This document shows, in pieces, positions 9,922-20,001 of a DNA stretch of 64,000 bases. A program made the position numbers and the translations under genes. Origin of the DNA: Patescibacteria group bacterium (GTDB lineage: Bacteria; Patescibacteriota; Saccharimonadia; UBA4664; SCTI01). Under the pieces are notes generated by a model, which did no database searches, was not told the DNA's origin, and worked only from the letters and a program-made list of their open reading frames with translations. The stretch lies in the NCBI GenBank assembly GCA_004297735.1, contig SCTI01000001.1:190435-254434 (forward strand), written 5' to 3'. Position 1 is the stretch's first letter. Each line of letters opens with the position of its first letter.

Positions 9922-10827
9922 ATGCAAAAAATTGTTCCACATCTGTGGTTTGACACGCAGGCCAAAGAAGCGGCTGAGTTTTATGTAAAGGTGTTTCCTG
10001 ACTCAAAGATTATTAGCAGTAGTGTAATCAAAAATACTCCTAGCGGGGACTGCGATATCATGTCGTACTCACTAGGGGGCTATAGGTTTATGGCGATTAG
10101 TGCCGGGCCTGCCTTTAAAATTAATTCGTCGATTTCATTTATGGTTAACTTTGACCCCAGTCGCGACGATAAGGCCAGGGAGCATTTAGACGAGTTATGG
10201 GAGGCCTTGAGCCAAGGTGGCGAGGTAATGATGCCGCTGGACAAATACCCATACAGCGAACGTTATGGCTGGGTGCAAGATCGTTTTGGTGTGAGCTGGC
10301 AGCTGATTTTAACCGATCCGGAAGGCGAGCCGAGACCGTTTATTGTGCCAACTCTGCTGTTTAATGGCGAAGCTACCAATAAAGCGGCCGAAGCAATTAA
10401 GTTTTACTTATCGGTATTTAAGGATTCAAAAATGGGAACCGAAGCTCCCTACCCAGAGGATAACGGCCCAGCCAAGAAAGGCTCCCTTATGTTTGCCGAC
10501 TTTATGCTAGAAAATCAGTGGTTTGCAGCGATGGATGCCGGCGTTGAGATGTCATCACCTTTTAACGAGGCGGTGTCGTTGCTGGTTAATGCCGAGGATC
10601 AGGCGGAGATTGATTATTACTGGGACAAGCTTAGTGCCGTGCCGCAAGCCGAGCAGTGCGGCTGGCTGAAGGATCAGTTTGGCGTATCTTGGCAGGTGGT
10701 ACCAACCGCCATGAGCAAGATGATGTCAGAGGCTACGCCAGAACAAGCTCAGCGCGTAACTCAAGCCTTTTTGAAGATGAAGAAGTTCGATATTGCGAAG
10801 TTGGAGTCGGCTTACGAGGGGAAGTAG
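9922..10827 (+). CDS. Tandem VOC/PhnB-like (3-demethylubiquinone methyltransferase family) protein
   Basis: KIVPHLWF..QAKEAAEFY; two 'GW..D.FGVSWQ' repeats. Confidence 0.9.
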   Translation: MQKIVPHLWFDTQAKEAAEFYVKVFPDSKIISSSVIKNTPSGDCDIMSYSLGGYRFMAISAGPAFKINSSISFMVNFDPSRDDKAREHLDELWEALSQGGEVMMPLDKYPYSERYGWVQDRFGVSWQLILTDPEGEPRPFIVPTLLFNGEATNKAAEAIKFYLSVFKDSKMGTEAPYPEDNGPAKKGSLMFADFMLENQWFAAMDAGVEMSSPFNEAVSLLVNAEDQAEIDYYWDKLSAVPQAEQCGWLKDQFGVSWQVVPTAMSKMMSEATPEQAQRVTQAFLKMKKFDIAKLESAYEGK

Positions 10828-10830
10828 CTT

Positions 10831-11190
10831 CTATTGCGTTCTTAAAATCTTATCCATCGCCTTGCCGCGGGCTAGCTCATCGATTAGCTTATCCAGATAG
10901 CGAATTTCTTGTGTTGTTGAATCTTTAATGTCTTCCACCCGTATGCCGCAAATTACTCCCGTAATTAACTTTCGGGCCGGGTTTAACTTGGGGGCGGAGT
11001 TAAAGAAAGCTTCAAAGTCGACCTGCTGTTCAAGCTGAACTTTTAGCTCAGCTTGGCTGTATCCGGTTAACCAGACAATAATCTCATCGACTTCAGCTTT
11101 AGTGCGACCTTTTTTCTCAACCTTGGCAAGATAGAGCGGGTAAACCTTGGCTACGCTCATGGTGTAAATGCGTGGCTTTTTGTCTTCCAT
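10831..11190 (-). CDS. DUF2200 family protein
   Basis: [24 protein letters not shown]; [12 protein letters not shown]. Confidence 0.9.
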   Translation of the reverse strand: MEDKKPRIYTMSVAKVYPLYLAKVEKKGRTKAEVDEIIVWLTGYSQAELKVQLEQQVDFEAFFNSAPKLNPARKLITGVICGIRVEDIKDSTTQEIRYLDKLIDELARGKAMDKILRTQ

Positions 11191-11311
11191 TTAGGCACCT
11201 TTCTGTATGTGGTTATATTATCATCACTGAGTGCCGGTCCGGACAACGTAATTATAGGTTGAACTATATAACGCTCATGCTTTACTATTAAAGCAATAAT
11301 GAGGTCATCGA

Positions 11312-12049
11312 ATGCCAAGGCTGCCGCAACCCGGTCAGGATAATGGAACATGGGGAGAGCTTTTAAACGAATATTTAAGTGTTGAGCTGGATTCAGCCGG
11401 CAATCTTAAGCTTCGTACCGATGGCACGCTTGACTCTAAAGCCAACGACAGCGAGGTGGTCCACCTGTCAGGCTCAGAGACCATTGCTGGGCTAAAGATA
11501 TTTTCAACCGTGCCGACCATTCCGGCTCCTTCAACCGGAACCGATGCCGCCAACAAAACCTACGTCGATAATACTGTTGCTTCAGGTACGCCGGATGCGA
11601 CCGGAAGTGTAAAGGGCAAGATTCAGCTAGCTGGCGACCTAACCGGTACAGCTGCTAGCCCAACCATTGCCAACGGTGCCGTTACCGCAGCTAAGGTTGC
11701 GGCCGATGTGGCCACGCAAGCCGAGCTGGACTCGGTTGCTCAAACTTTAACCGCCAACACCCAAACCACTAGTTATGTTTTGGTGGCAGGAGATGCCGGT
11801 AAGGTGATCGAGATGAACTCATCTTCGGCTACCACTGTAACGATCCCACTAAATTCTAGTGTGGCCTTTGCTACGGGTACCGTAATCGAGGTACTGCGTT
11901 TTGGCACTGGCACCGTTACGATTACCCCAACCGGCGGAGTTACCATTCGCTCACGGGCTAGCTTAACCGCAATTGCTAACCAGTACGGCTCGGTATCATT
12001 ACGTAAACGCGCTACCGATGAGTGGGTACTGGTTGGGGATCTTACCTAA
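11312..12049 (+). CDS. Tail-fibre-like surface protein
   Basis: 'MPRLPQPGQDNGTWGELLNEYL' N-terminus; VVHLSGSETIAG.K.F, DAANKTYVD and KGKIQLAGDL fibre-type repeats. Confidence 0.6.
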   Translation: MPRLPQPGQDNGTWGELLNEYLSVELDSAGNLKLRTDGTLDSKANDSEVVHLSGSETIAGLKIFSTVPTIPAPSTGTDAANKTYVDNTVASGTPDATGSVKGKIQLAGDLTGTAASPTIANGAVTAAKVAADVATQAELDSVAQTLTANTQTTSYVLVAGDAGKVIEMNSSSATTVTIPLNSSVAFATGTVIEVLRFGTGTVTITPTGGVTIRSRASLTAIANQYGSVSLRKRATDEWVLVGDLT

Positions 12050-13297
12050 GTGGCGACCATAACGGCGAGCCGTTCGGCGACATCGCAGTACCAGTCTTGG
12101 TTCACCCCAAATGCTGGAGGGCGCTGGGGCGGTTGGCAGATAGCTTCTAACTTAGCCATGGGTCAAAATACCGCCGTGGGTGGATTGTCGTCACCATCAG
12201 CTCAATATGCTGGTTCGACTGGGGCCAGCCGCACCACGCGGAGGCGCTGTCGAGCAGCTTTTTCGTTTAGTCAGCTAAAGCTCGAGTTCACCAACAGCCC
12301 TTGCGACGTTGAGCCAACGACAGCGAGCGAACACGGCGACATCACCATAGCGGCTAGCGTCGAAACTGCTGGCGGCGCACTAACCCAAGTTACCTTTGAC
12401 GGTGGGTCGACCACCAAGGTTTTAACCAAAAATACCACCGTTTTAAGCGATGCGGCGTCTTTTACAGCGGCCGAAGGCGATATTTTTTGGGTGAGAACCT
12501 ACGTTAGCGCCGGAACCGGTCTGCGTTACCCGCTAAACATGTTAACCGATCAAACCAACGGAGAGGGGACGGTCAACAGTGTTAATCAGACCATGTCCGG
12601 AACGATTTCTAGCTCAAACGCCAAGAGCTTTACCGCTACAGCCGTGGTTGCGCCTCGGCCAGCCCCAGTAACCAACTTATTAATTGTGGGCGACAGTATT
12701 ACGGCTGGACGAACCGAAGCTACCGATCAAACTTTATCGGATCATCAACGAGGTTGGGCAGCCCGAGCCTTTGGTGGTATTTATCCATTTTATCGTCTAG
12801 CGATGGGTGGAGATCGAGCCAATTTAATTCCGACCAACTGGCCATCCCGCCAGACACTACCGGCAACGGGCGGGTTTAGCCATGCCATTGTTTTACTGGG
12901 GGTTAACGACATTCAAGATGCCGCTCAGACCGGAGCCAATGTGATATCTTCGCTTGATACTATTTACCAATGGCTACAGGATGCTGGCATCCCGCGTATT
13001 TATGCTGTGACCATACCGCCATTTAGCGTTACCGGCACTTACACTAGCGCTGGAGGGCAAACGGTTAACTCTACCTTTGATGGCTACCGCCAAACCGTTA
13101 ACACCTCGATTCGGGCGTTATCTAACAGTCGACTGTATGGCTATATCGATGCCGCGGCGGCGGTTGAGGATGGCAGCAACGCAGGTAAGTGGCGTTCGGA
13201 CGGCGGAGTAGCGTATTCCGATGATGGGACCCACCCCAATACGCTGGGTCATCAAACTATAGCAAACGCTATTACCACCAAAACCTTCGCGGTTTAA
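12050..13297 (+). CDS. SGNH/GDSL esterase with N-terminal beta domain
   Basis: GDSIT, GVND and DGTHPN catalytic blocks. Confidence 0.85.
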   Translation: MATITASRSATSQYQSWFTPNAGGRWGGWQIASNLAMGQNTAVGGLSSPSAQYAGSTGASRTTRRRCRAAFSFSQLKLEFTNSPCDVEPTTASEHGDITIAASVETAGGALTQVTFDGGSTTKVLTKNTTVLSDAASFTAAEGDIFWVRTYVSAGTGLRYPLNMLTDQTNGEGTVNSVNQTMSGTISSSNAKSFTATAVVAPRPAPVTNLLIVGDSITAGRTEATDQTLSDHQRGWAARAFGGIYPFYRLAMGGDRANLIPTNWPSRQTLPATGGFSHAIVLLGVNDIQDAAQTGANVISSLDTIYQWLQDAGIPRIYAVTIPPFSVTGTYTSAGGQTVNSTFDGYRQTVNTSIRALSNSRLYGYIDAAAAVEDGSNAGKWRSDGGVAYSDDGTHPNTLGHQTIANAITTKTFAV

Positions 13298-13346
13298 TAG
13301 TTTTATATTTTAGATTGGCGCTGTATAGTATGGCTATATAGTACTT

Positions 13347-14204
13347 ATGGTTAAATGCGGTGAGGTTTTGGGCAAAGTAGGAGCTGTTTTTGGTTTTGGC
13401 GTAGTCATGGTCGTTGGTTCGGCGGTTTTGATTTATGGGCCAGGTGGCATACTGTCGCAAAAAACTGTTGTTAAAACCGGTCCCGTTCCGGTCACAGTCA
13501 ATCAGCAGAGCGACCCTACAGACTCAACCACGGAAAGCCCGAACCCAAGCACCGAACCCAGCCCGGACCAGGCCTATGAATGGGTCAACTCACAGGTAAA
13601 TCCCTACTCAACCTATTACGCTAGTTACCGCCGAAGCAGCAATGCTACTACTGCCACCGTCGTGACGACCACCTCGACGTCAGTAACCAACACCGATACA
13701 GAATCCGAGCCAACTCCGCCGCCGGCACCGGTCTATTACGATGTTACCCGCACCGGTGCCTACAAGTACACTCCGGCCGAGGTTGAGGCTGGTGTGACAG
13801 CGACGAACCCGTCTTACTTTACCCGTACCGGCAACAATTTTTACACCACCTTAAAGAGCGGCACTTACGGTGGTGGGTTTCCGGCGGCGCCAGGAGACTA
13901 CTTCTACTTAAATGAGCTGTACTACCAAATTAATATTAATAGTTCGTTAACCTATTTAAATATTGGAACTCATCTTAAATACAAGGATCAAGACATTAAC
14001 TTTTATGTTGATGGTAGTTTAGCCATTAAACTGGTGCTGGTTGAAGATTTAAGCAATCCAGGTGTTGATTTTTATGTAACCAAACAGTACAACTTGCCTC
14101 CTGAGTATTTATGGAACACCGGAACTTACGGCCAGGTTCAAGGCGGCCCGTACATTTTTGATCCGGTTGATATTGCACTACCGGTTAGCTGTTCTGGTTG
14201 CTAA
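13347..14204 (+). CDS. Membrane-anchored extracellular protein with S/T/P-rich linker
   Basis: N-terminal TM, low-complexity linker, aromatic-rich C-terminal domain. Confidence 0.65.
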   Translation: MVKCGEVLGKVGAVFGFGVVMVVGSAVLIYGPGGILSQKTVVKTGPVPVTVNQQSDPTDSTTESPNPSTEPSPDQAYEWVNSQVNPYSTYYASYRRSSNATTATVVTTTSTSVTNTDTESEPTPPPAPVYYDVTRTGAYKYTPAEVEAGVTATNPSYFTRTGNNFYTTLKSGTYGGGFPAAPGDYFYLNELYYQININSSLTYLNIGTHLKYKDQDINFYVDGSLAIKLVLVEDLSNPGVDFYVTKQYNLPPEYLWNTGTYGQVQGGPYIFDPVDIALPVSCSGC

Positions 14205-14239
14205 CACGATGTCATTAATAAAGGGTGTACAATAGCAGT

Positions 14240-15835
14240 ATGAAGAAGTGGTCGGTCATCGCCATATTAGCAGTTGCCCAGTTTGTAATGATACTGGACG
14301 GCACGGTGATGAATGTTTCGATCTCGACGGTCGCCAAGGATCTTGGCACCAGCATTACCGGGATGCAAACCGCTATTACCCTGTTTGCACTGACCATGGC
14401 CGCGTTTATGCTAACCGGCGGTAAGCTCGGGGAGATTTGGGGTCACAAGCGAGCCTTCACCATTGGCTCAATGATCTACGGCAGCGGCTCGCTAATTACC
14501 GCGGCAGCTCCATCATTGGGCGTCTTGCTGTTTGGCTGGTCACTGGTTGAAGGTCTTGGCGCGGTTTTGGTAATACCGGCAATTGCTTCGCTGGCGGCCG
14601 CCAACTACTCAGGTAAAGACCGAGTGGCAGCGTTTTCGCTGATTGGGGCGGCTACCGGCTTAGCGGCGGCGGTTGGCCCGATTATTGGCGGCTTTGTAAC
14701 AACTTATCTGTCATGGCGTTACGTTTTTGCCGCCGAAACGCTGATAATGATAGTGGTACTTTTGGTGAGTGGTCGAATTGCCGACGCCAAGGTGAGCAAG
14801 GGAGTAAAACTAGACATACCAAGCGTAGTGCTATCGGCAACCGGCATGATCCTGGTGGTGTTTGGAGCTTTGCAGAGCCGGTCCTGGGGCTGGATCCAAC
14901 CGCTAGGCGCGCCAGAAGTCAATGGTCAGGCCATCACCCCTCTGGGTATATCGGTAGTAGCTTATTTGATATTGCTGGGCGTTCTGGTGCTCAAGCTGTT
15001 TTACGATCGACAGGTTCGGCTTGAAAGCGAAAACAAGCAACCTCTACTTAAAGTCTCAATGCTCAAGATTGGCGTACTGCGTAGCGGTTTAACCGTCTTG
15101 ACCGTTCAGTACTTTACCGTTGCCTCAGTCTTCTTTATTGTTCCGGTTTATTTGCAGACCATTCTAGGCTATGACGCGCTGCAAACCGGCCTCAAACTAA
15201 TACCACTATCAATTGGCTTACTGATATTTACGCTGGTGGGTTCGCGCCGCAGCACGGTAATGCCACCACGTCGAATTGTGCGAGCCGGACAGCTAGCGAT
15301 GGCTTTTGGGGCGCTTTTAATCCTTGGCTCAATTAACACCGAGTTAAAGGGAACCATGTTCTGGCTCGGTATGTTTGGCTTGGGGGCCGGCTTTGGGCTG
15401 CTGGCCTCGCAGCTAGGCAATGTGACCATGTCGGCGGTCGACAAATCGGATACCGGCCAGGTCGGTGGCTTGCAGGGGACCTTCCAGAACCTAGGCCAGT
15501 CGTTTGGTACTGCGGTTGCCGGTTCGATCTTTATTCTCACTCTAACCTCGGGCTTCACCGCGGCGGTGCAGAACAGCCAAAGCTTAACCGAGCAAGCCAA
15601 GACCACCATTACCCAGCAAGCACAGAGTGGTGTCGGCATTGTATCGCAGCAGCAAGCCGAGCAGTACGTGCTAGACCAGGGCGGCACGCAAGCAACCGCT
15701 CAAGAGATATCCGACCTTTATGTTAGTTCTCAGCTTGAGTCACTCCGGACTACTCTAGCAATTATCTTTTTTGGCTTAATTTTGTCGCTAATCTTGTCGG
15801 CTAAATTGCCATCAAAGATGCCTAAAATAGTTTAA
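14240..15835 (+). CDS. MFS transporter (DHA2/EmrB-like)
   Basis: About 14 TMs; 'ILDGTVMNVSI', 'GGKLGEIWGHKR', 'GPIIGG'. Confidence 0.9.
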   Translation: MKKWSVIAILAVAQFVMILDGTVMNVSISTVAKDLGTSITGMQTAITLFALTMAAFMLTGGKLGEIWGHKRAFTIGSMIYGSGSLITAAAPSLGVLLFGWSLVEGLGAVLVIPAIASLAAANYSGKDRVAAFSLIGAATGLAAAVGPIIGGFVTTYLSWRYVFAAETLIMIVVLLVSGRIADAKVSKGVKLDIPSVVLSATGMILVVFGALQSRSWGWIQPLGAPEVNGQAITPLGISVVAYLILLGVLVLKLFYDRQVRLESENKQPLLKVSMLKIGVLRSGLTVLTVQYFTVASVFFIVPVYLQTILGYDALQTGLKLIPLSIGLLIFTLVGSRRSTVMPPRRIVRAGQLAMAFGALLILGSINTELKGTMFWLGMFGLGAGFGLLASQLGNVTMSAVDKSDTGQVGGLQGTFQNLGQSFGTAVAGSIFILTLTSGFTAAVQNSQSLTEQAKTTITQQAQSGVGIVSQQQAEQYVLDQGGTQATAQEISDLYVSSQLESLRTTLAIIFFGLILSLILSAKLPSKMPKIV

Positions 15836-15890
15836 AGATAGGGGATATCCGGCTTTCCAGCTATAATAACTATATAAGCGGAGGCGCAGC

Positions 15891-16304
15891 ATGAAGGGAC
15901 CAATCGACTATATTATTGTTGGTTTTGAGGGCAACAAATTTGATGGCAGTGTCTTAAAGGCACTTAGCCAGGCCATTGATGACGGCGTGATCGCCTTAAT
16001 TAACCTGCTAGTGATTACCCGCGACGATAAAGACAACGTAACCGTCGTTGATGTGGCTGATTTTGACGGAGAAACGGCCGCCTTCATTAAGCAGTACCAG
16101 CCTCAGCAAACCACCGTTGACCAAGACGACATTGATGAGGTCGCCGACTTGATTGAAAAAAATTGTTCGGCCGGCATGCTGGTTATTGAGCAGCTTTGGG
16201 CAAAACCGCTTAAAAAGGCTCTTTTGGACGCAAACGGCGTGTTACTGGCCGAGGGACGGATTCACCCCGAAGCCGCAATTGAATTAGAGGGTAAAGGAGA
16301 ATAA
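15891..16304 (+). CDS. DUF6325-like acidic protein
   Basis: GPIDYIIVGFEGNKF.G; EQLWAKP...GRI. Confidence 0.7.
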   Translation: MKGPIDYIIVGFEGNKFDGSVLKALSQAIDDGVIALINLLVITRDDKDNVTVVDVADFDGETAAFIKQYQPQQTTVDQDDIDEVADLIEKNCSAGMLVIEQLWAKPLKKALLDANGVLLAEGRIHPEAAIELEGKGE

Positions 16305-16306
16305 CT

Positions 16307-16558
16307 ATGCCAGGATTACTACGAGGAGTTGCCCGTACCGCGGTCATTTCGGGCACCGCCACAGCTGTATCTAACCGCGTAAGTCGGAGGCAAGCCCAAA
16401 AGTGGAGCGGCGAGCAGAGTCAGCAGCCAACCCAGGCGGTTGAGCCGGCTCAAGATGACTTAACCGCTCAGCTAGAGCAGCTAGCAGCGTTAAAAGATAA
16501 AGGCATTTTGACCCAAGAAGAGTTTGACGCTAAAAAGAAGCAAATCTTAGGACTGTAG
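16307..16558 (+). CDS. SHOCT domain protein
   Basis: MPGLLRGVARTAV; LEQLAALKDKGILTQEEFDAKK. Confidence 0.85.
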   Translation: MPGLLRGVARTAVISGTATAVSNRVSRRQAQKWSGEQSQQPTQAVEPAQDDLTAQLEQLAALKDKGILTQEEFDAKKKQILGL

Positions 16559-16598
16559 CAAGCAAGCTAGCGTATAATGCTTATGCTACAATCGAAAT

Positions 16599-17360
16599 AT
16601 GAGTAACCAAAAAATAGCCTCCCTGATAAAACTAAATTGGACTGCAGCAGCACTGCATTTAGCGCAGGGCATAGCGATTGTGGCTTTAAGCCGCGACTTT
16701 ACTTTGCCAATCTCGGTTAGCTTTTTACAGTTTAACCCCGCCACGCAAAACCTTGAGCCAACCTCGACTCCATTGTTCGACTTATCGCTACCGTGGCTGG
16801 TGGCATTATTCTTGTTCCTGTCTTTCCTGGCACACTTAACCATTGTTACCGTTTATCGTCATCGATACGTGGCTGATTTGCAAAAGGGCATCAACAAAGC
16901 TCGCTGGATAGAGTACAGTCTGTCGGCTTCGGTAATGATTGTAGCTATCGGATTACTCGTCGGTATCTATGATATAGCCAGCTTAATCGCCCTGTTTGGG
17001 TTGATAGCAATCATGAATCTATGCGGCCTGATTATGGAAGTCCACAATCAGACAACCAAGAACACTAACTGGCTAAGCTACTGGGTAGGCTGCCTGGCGG
17101 GGATAATTCCCTGGGTGATGATTGCGATTTACCTCTGGGCCGGAGCCGACAACGGCAGCCAGGCGCCAACCTTTGTTTACTGGATATTTGTTTCCATTTT
17201 TGTATTCTTTAACTGTTTTGCAATTAATATGTTTCTGCAGTACAAAAAGATTGGGCCATGGGCTAACTATCTTTACGGCGAAAAAGTATACGTCATTTTA
17301 AGTCTTGTCGCCAAATCAGCTTTAGCTTGGCAGGTATTTGCCGGAACATTGCGACCCTAG
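16599..17360 (+). CDS. Heliorhodopsin
   Basis: 7 TM; TM1 His (LHLAQ), RWIEYS counter-ion motif, LSLVAKS retinal-binding Lys in TM7. Confidence 0.93.
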   Translation: MSNQKIASLIKLNWTAAALHLAQGIAIVALSRDFTLPISVSFLQFNPATQNLEPTSTPLFDLSLPWLVALFLFLSFLAHLTIVTVYRHRYVADLQKGINKARWIEYSLSASVMIVAIGLLVGIYDIASLIALFGLIAIMNLCGLIMEVHNQTTKNTNWLSYWVGCLAGIIPWVMIAIYLWAGADNGSQAPTFVYWIFVSIFVFFNCFAINMFLQYKKIGPWANYLYGEKVYVILSLVAKSALAWQVFAGTLRP

Positions 17361-17367
17361 CCAGCTG

Positions 17368-17670
17368 CTATTCATTAGATTTAGATCTGCGATTGCTAAA
17401 CCGTTGCTGACGACGCTTAACAGTAACCGTAATAAAGGTGGTTACAATCCCTACGCCAACCAGTATATAAAAAGTAGTGAACAGCTTACCGATATCGGTT
17501 TTTGTTACTAAGTCGCCGTAGCCAACCGTGGTCAGCGTTATCACGCTAAAGTAGTAGGCGTTCAACCAGCTAAATCTCTCTATATAGTGATAAAAAACGG
17601 TGCCAATCGCAATTGTGCTAACGGCGCCCAGTAAAATTAAGCGATAGGCATATTTGCTAATGTCATGCAT
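17368..17670 (-). CDS. Two-TM potassium channel family protein
   Basis: TLTTVGYGD selectivity filter. Confidence 0.9.
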   Translation of the reverse strand: MHDISKYAYRLILLGAVSTIAIGTVFYHYIERFSWLNAYYFSVITLTTVGYGDLVTKTDIGKLFTTFYILVGVGIVTTFITVTVKRRQQRFSNRRSKSNE

Positions 17671-17737
17671 GGTTTAATTATGACATACTAGTAGGCAAAT
17701 CAAGTTTAATTTATTAATTAGATAGGGAGAAATTATT

Positions 17738-18172
17738 ATGAGCAATATTAGAACCAATCCATACCTGTTTTTTAAAGGAAACGCCCTTGAGGCAATGAAG
17801 TTTTATCAGAGCGTGTTTGGCGGTGAGCTTGATACCAAAACTTACGCCGATTTTCACGTTCCGGCCGAAGGCGACTTAAAAGATGACAGTATTATGCATG
17901 CCTCATTAAATGGTGGCGATGTGGTGTTGATGGCTAGCGACACCAACCTGGCTAGCCCCAAGGCCGCCAAGATAACGATATCGCTTAACGGTGATGCCGA
18001 CAGTGAGGCGCGATTAACCGAGGTTTTTAAACTGCTTAGCGATGGCGCCGAGGTACAAACCCCACTCAAAAAAGAGATGTGGGGCGATCTTTACGGTAGC
18101 CTAACCGATAAGTACGGCATTGACTGGATGATTAATATTGAGTCCGGAGCAAAAGAGGGCGCGGCTAGCTAA
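17738..18172 (+). CDS. VOC/PhnB family protein
   Basis: NPYLFFKGNALEAMKFY; WGDLYG.LTDKYGIDW. Confidence 0.88.
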   Translation: MSNIRTNPYLFFKGNALEAMKFYQSVFGGELDTKTYADFHVPAEGDLKDDSIMHASLNGGDVVLMASDTNLASPKAAKITISLNGDADSEARLTEVFKLLSDGAEVQTPLKKEMWGDLYGSLTDKYGIDWMINIESGAKEGAAS

Positions 18173-18812
18173 CCGGCTTGCCCATCGATTTAATTTTTAG
18201 TTGATCGGCTTTGGGTTGGCGACGGACAATTACGTAATAGCCTAGCAGGGTTAAGGACGGAAGCGCCATCAGCAGCATCTGCGATAGCTGCGGGAGCGCT
18301 ATAAATCGCTGAAGCCAGTCTGGAACCGAAACTCCAGCCAGACGGCTGACGTGCAAAGTGTATTCACTCACCAGTTTTGGTATGGCCATAGTAACTAAAA
18401 TTGCGGCGGCCACTGCCGGTGAGGTGATTAGTGTGCTCTGGCGCGACCATCGGGTGTAGAGGGCGTAGAAAAGATAAAAGTCGAGGAACAGATTAGGAAA
18501 GAAAAACAGCACATACTCTAAGCCTGTACCAATAAAGATGATCACTCCAATTAAACGCCAGCCAATCAGGGCGTAAGCAATTTTCTTGGCGCGTGCATCG
18601 GCCCACTTACGAACGGTCAGTCCCATTATTAGCAAAAAGTAAGTGTCAAGCAGCTTATCGACCACCTGGTAGTTATGGTACCCAATAAAAGAGCTGCCGA
18701 TTATCTGGTAGTCGTAGGCGTCCAATGCCATGCTAGCTGCCACGCCGGTTAAGGGCCAGCGCAGAATCAACAGCGGTGCCAGAAGTCGGAGTATAACTAT
18801 CAGCGCAAGCAT
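18165..18812 (-). CDS. Integral membrane protein
   Basis: Multiple TMs; 'DKLLDTY' resembles CDP-alcohol phosphotransferase-like families. Confidence 0.6.
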   Translation of the reverse strand: MLALIVILRLLAPLLILRWPLTGVAASMALDAYDYQIIGSSFIGYHNYQVVDKLLDTYFLLIMGLTVRKWADARAKKIAYALIGWRLIGVIIFIGTGLEYVLFFFPNLFLDFYLFYALYTRWSRQSTLITSPAVAAAILVTMAIPKLVSEYTLHVSRLAGVSVPDWLQRFIALPQLSQMLLMALPSLTLLGYYVIVRRQPKADQLKIKSMGKPVS

Positions 18813-18906
18813 GTTTTTAATCCTTTATACCTGGGCTTATCATACACCTTTATGTAATATTCCAACGATTATTGACAAATAAGCGTAAAAATTGTAATTT
18901 TTATGC

Positions 18907-19371
18907 ATGGAGCGCGCATCGCCGGGCCTCATCTCCCGCTTCGGAGTCATGCGAAGCATCGTGGCGTTCATCGCCATCGTCGCCGCCCTGGTCGGTCTGA
19001 TCGTCTTCGCGATCACGGGCGTCGAGCCGAATGCCATCGGGACCGCGTTCATGGTCCTCGGCGCCGTCGGCATCACCATCGGTCTGCTCGTCGCCTTCGG
19101 CGGCAGCGAGGCTGGGGTGGTCCTCATGAGCACCGTCATCGCCGTCCTGGTCACCATGGCCGCGAAGACGACCCTCGGGTACACCTCCGTGATCATGGAG
19201 GTCGGGCTGATGGCCCTGATCGGGGCCACTTCCGCTGCCGTCTTCTCCTGGCACCGTCGCCGGCGCCTGAACGCGGCGAGCTGGTTCGACATCGGTGGCG
19301 TCACCCAGATCACGCCGATGAACCTCAAGAAGCCGAACCTCCCGCCCGTTCCGCTTCACCAGCAGGTCTAG
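18907..19371 (+). CDS. Four-TM membrane protein (high-GC accessory gene)
   Basis: Hydrophobic helices; third codon positions almost all G/C; TTGACA promoter at 18872. Confidence 0.7.
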   Translation: MERASPGLISRFGVMRSIVAFIAIVAALVGLIVFAITGVEPNAIGTAFMVLGAVGITIGLLVAFGGSEAGVVLMSTVIAVLVTMAAKTTLGYTSVIMEVGLMALIGATSAAVFSWHRRRRLNAASWFDIGGVTQITPMNLKKPNLPPVPLHQQV

Positions 19372-19380
19372 TCGGCCCAC

Positions 19381-19430
19381 GGCCCCGCCGGAGCACTCAC
19401 CAGGTGTTTCGGCGGGGCCTCCCGCTTTTT
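19381..19430 (+). terminator. Intrinsic terminator
   Basis: ggccccgccggagcac/gtgtttcggcggggcc stem followed by a T-tract. Confidence 0.7.
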
Positions 19431-19455
19431 AGGACTTATTAGTTATACTAGAGAC

Positions 19456-20001
19456 ATGGTTTACGTAGCATTACTTCGCGGCATCAATGTCGGCGGCAAC
19501 AACAAAGTAGAGATGGCCAAGCTAAAGCTGACCTTTGAGCAGCTAGGCTTTACCAAAGTTAAAACCTACATTAATTCCGGAAATATTATATTTGAAGGGC
19601 CTGATCAAAATCACCTGCAGCTAGCCTCACAAATTGAGGCTGCGATTACAAAAGATTTTGGCCTCAATATACCGGTGGTTTTACGTAACCTTAAGCAGAT
19701 ACAAGCAATCTGCAAAGCCATGCCTGAGACTTGGGTTAACAACTCGGTCATGAAGTGTGATGTACTGTTTTTGTGGGAAGAGGTTGATAACAAGTCGGCA
19801 CTTGAGGCAATGTCGGTTAAACGCGATATTGTTGACTTAAAGTACGTCCCAGGAGCAGTTATCTGGAGAATTGACAAGGAAAATGTCACTCGTGGTGGTA
19901 TCGATAAATTTATTGCGGCACCAATTTACAAGAAAATCACGATCAGAAACTGCAATACCGTCCGTAAGCTAAAGACTCTTATGGAAGAAGCCGCTCACTA
20001 A
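19456..20001 (+). CDS. DUF1697 family protein
   Basis: YVALLRGINVGG; TYINSGN; TIRN. Confidence 0.92.
   Translation: MVYVALLRGINVGGNNKVEMAKLKLTFEQLGFTKVKTYINSGNIIFEGPDQNHLQLASQIEAAITKDFGLNIPVVLRNLKQIQAICKAMPETWVNNSVMKCDVLFLWEEVDNKSALEAMSVKRDIVDLKYVPGAVIWRIDKENVTRGGIDKFIAAPIYKKITIRNCNTVRKLKTLMEEAAH

Noticed and set aside
18840-19442. Three alternative overlapping ORFs around 18907..19371
   Set aside because: Stop-poor shadow frames caused by extreme GC3; only the hydrophobic frame looks like a protein.
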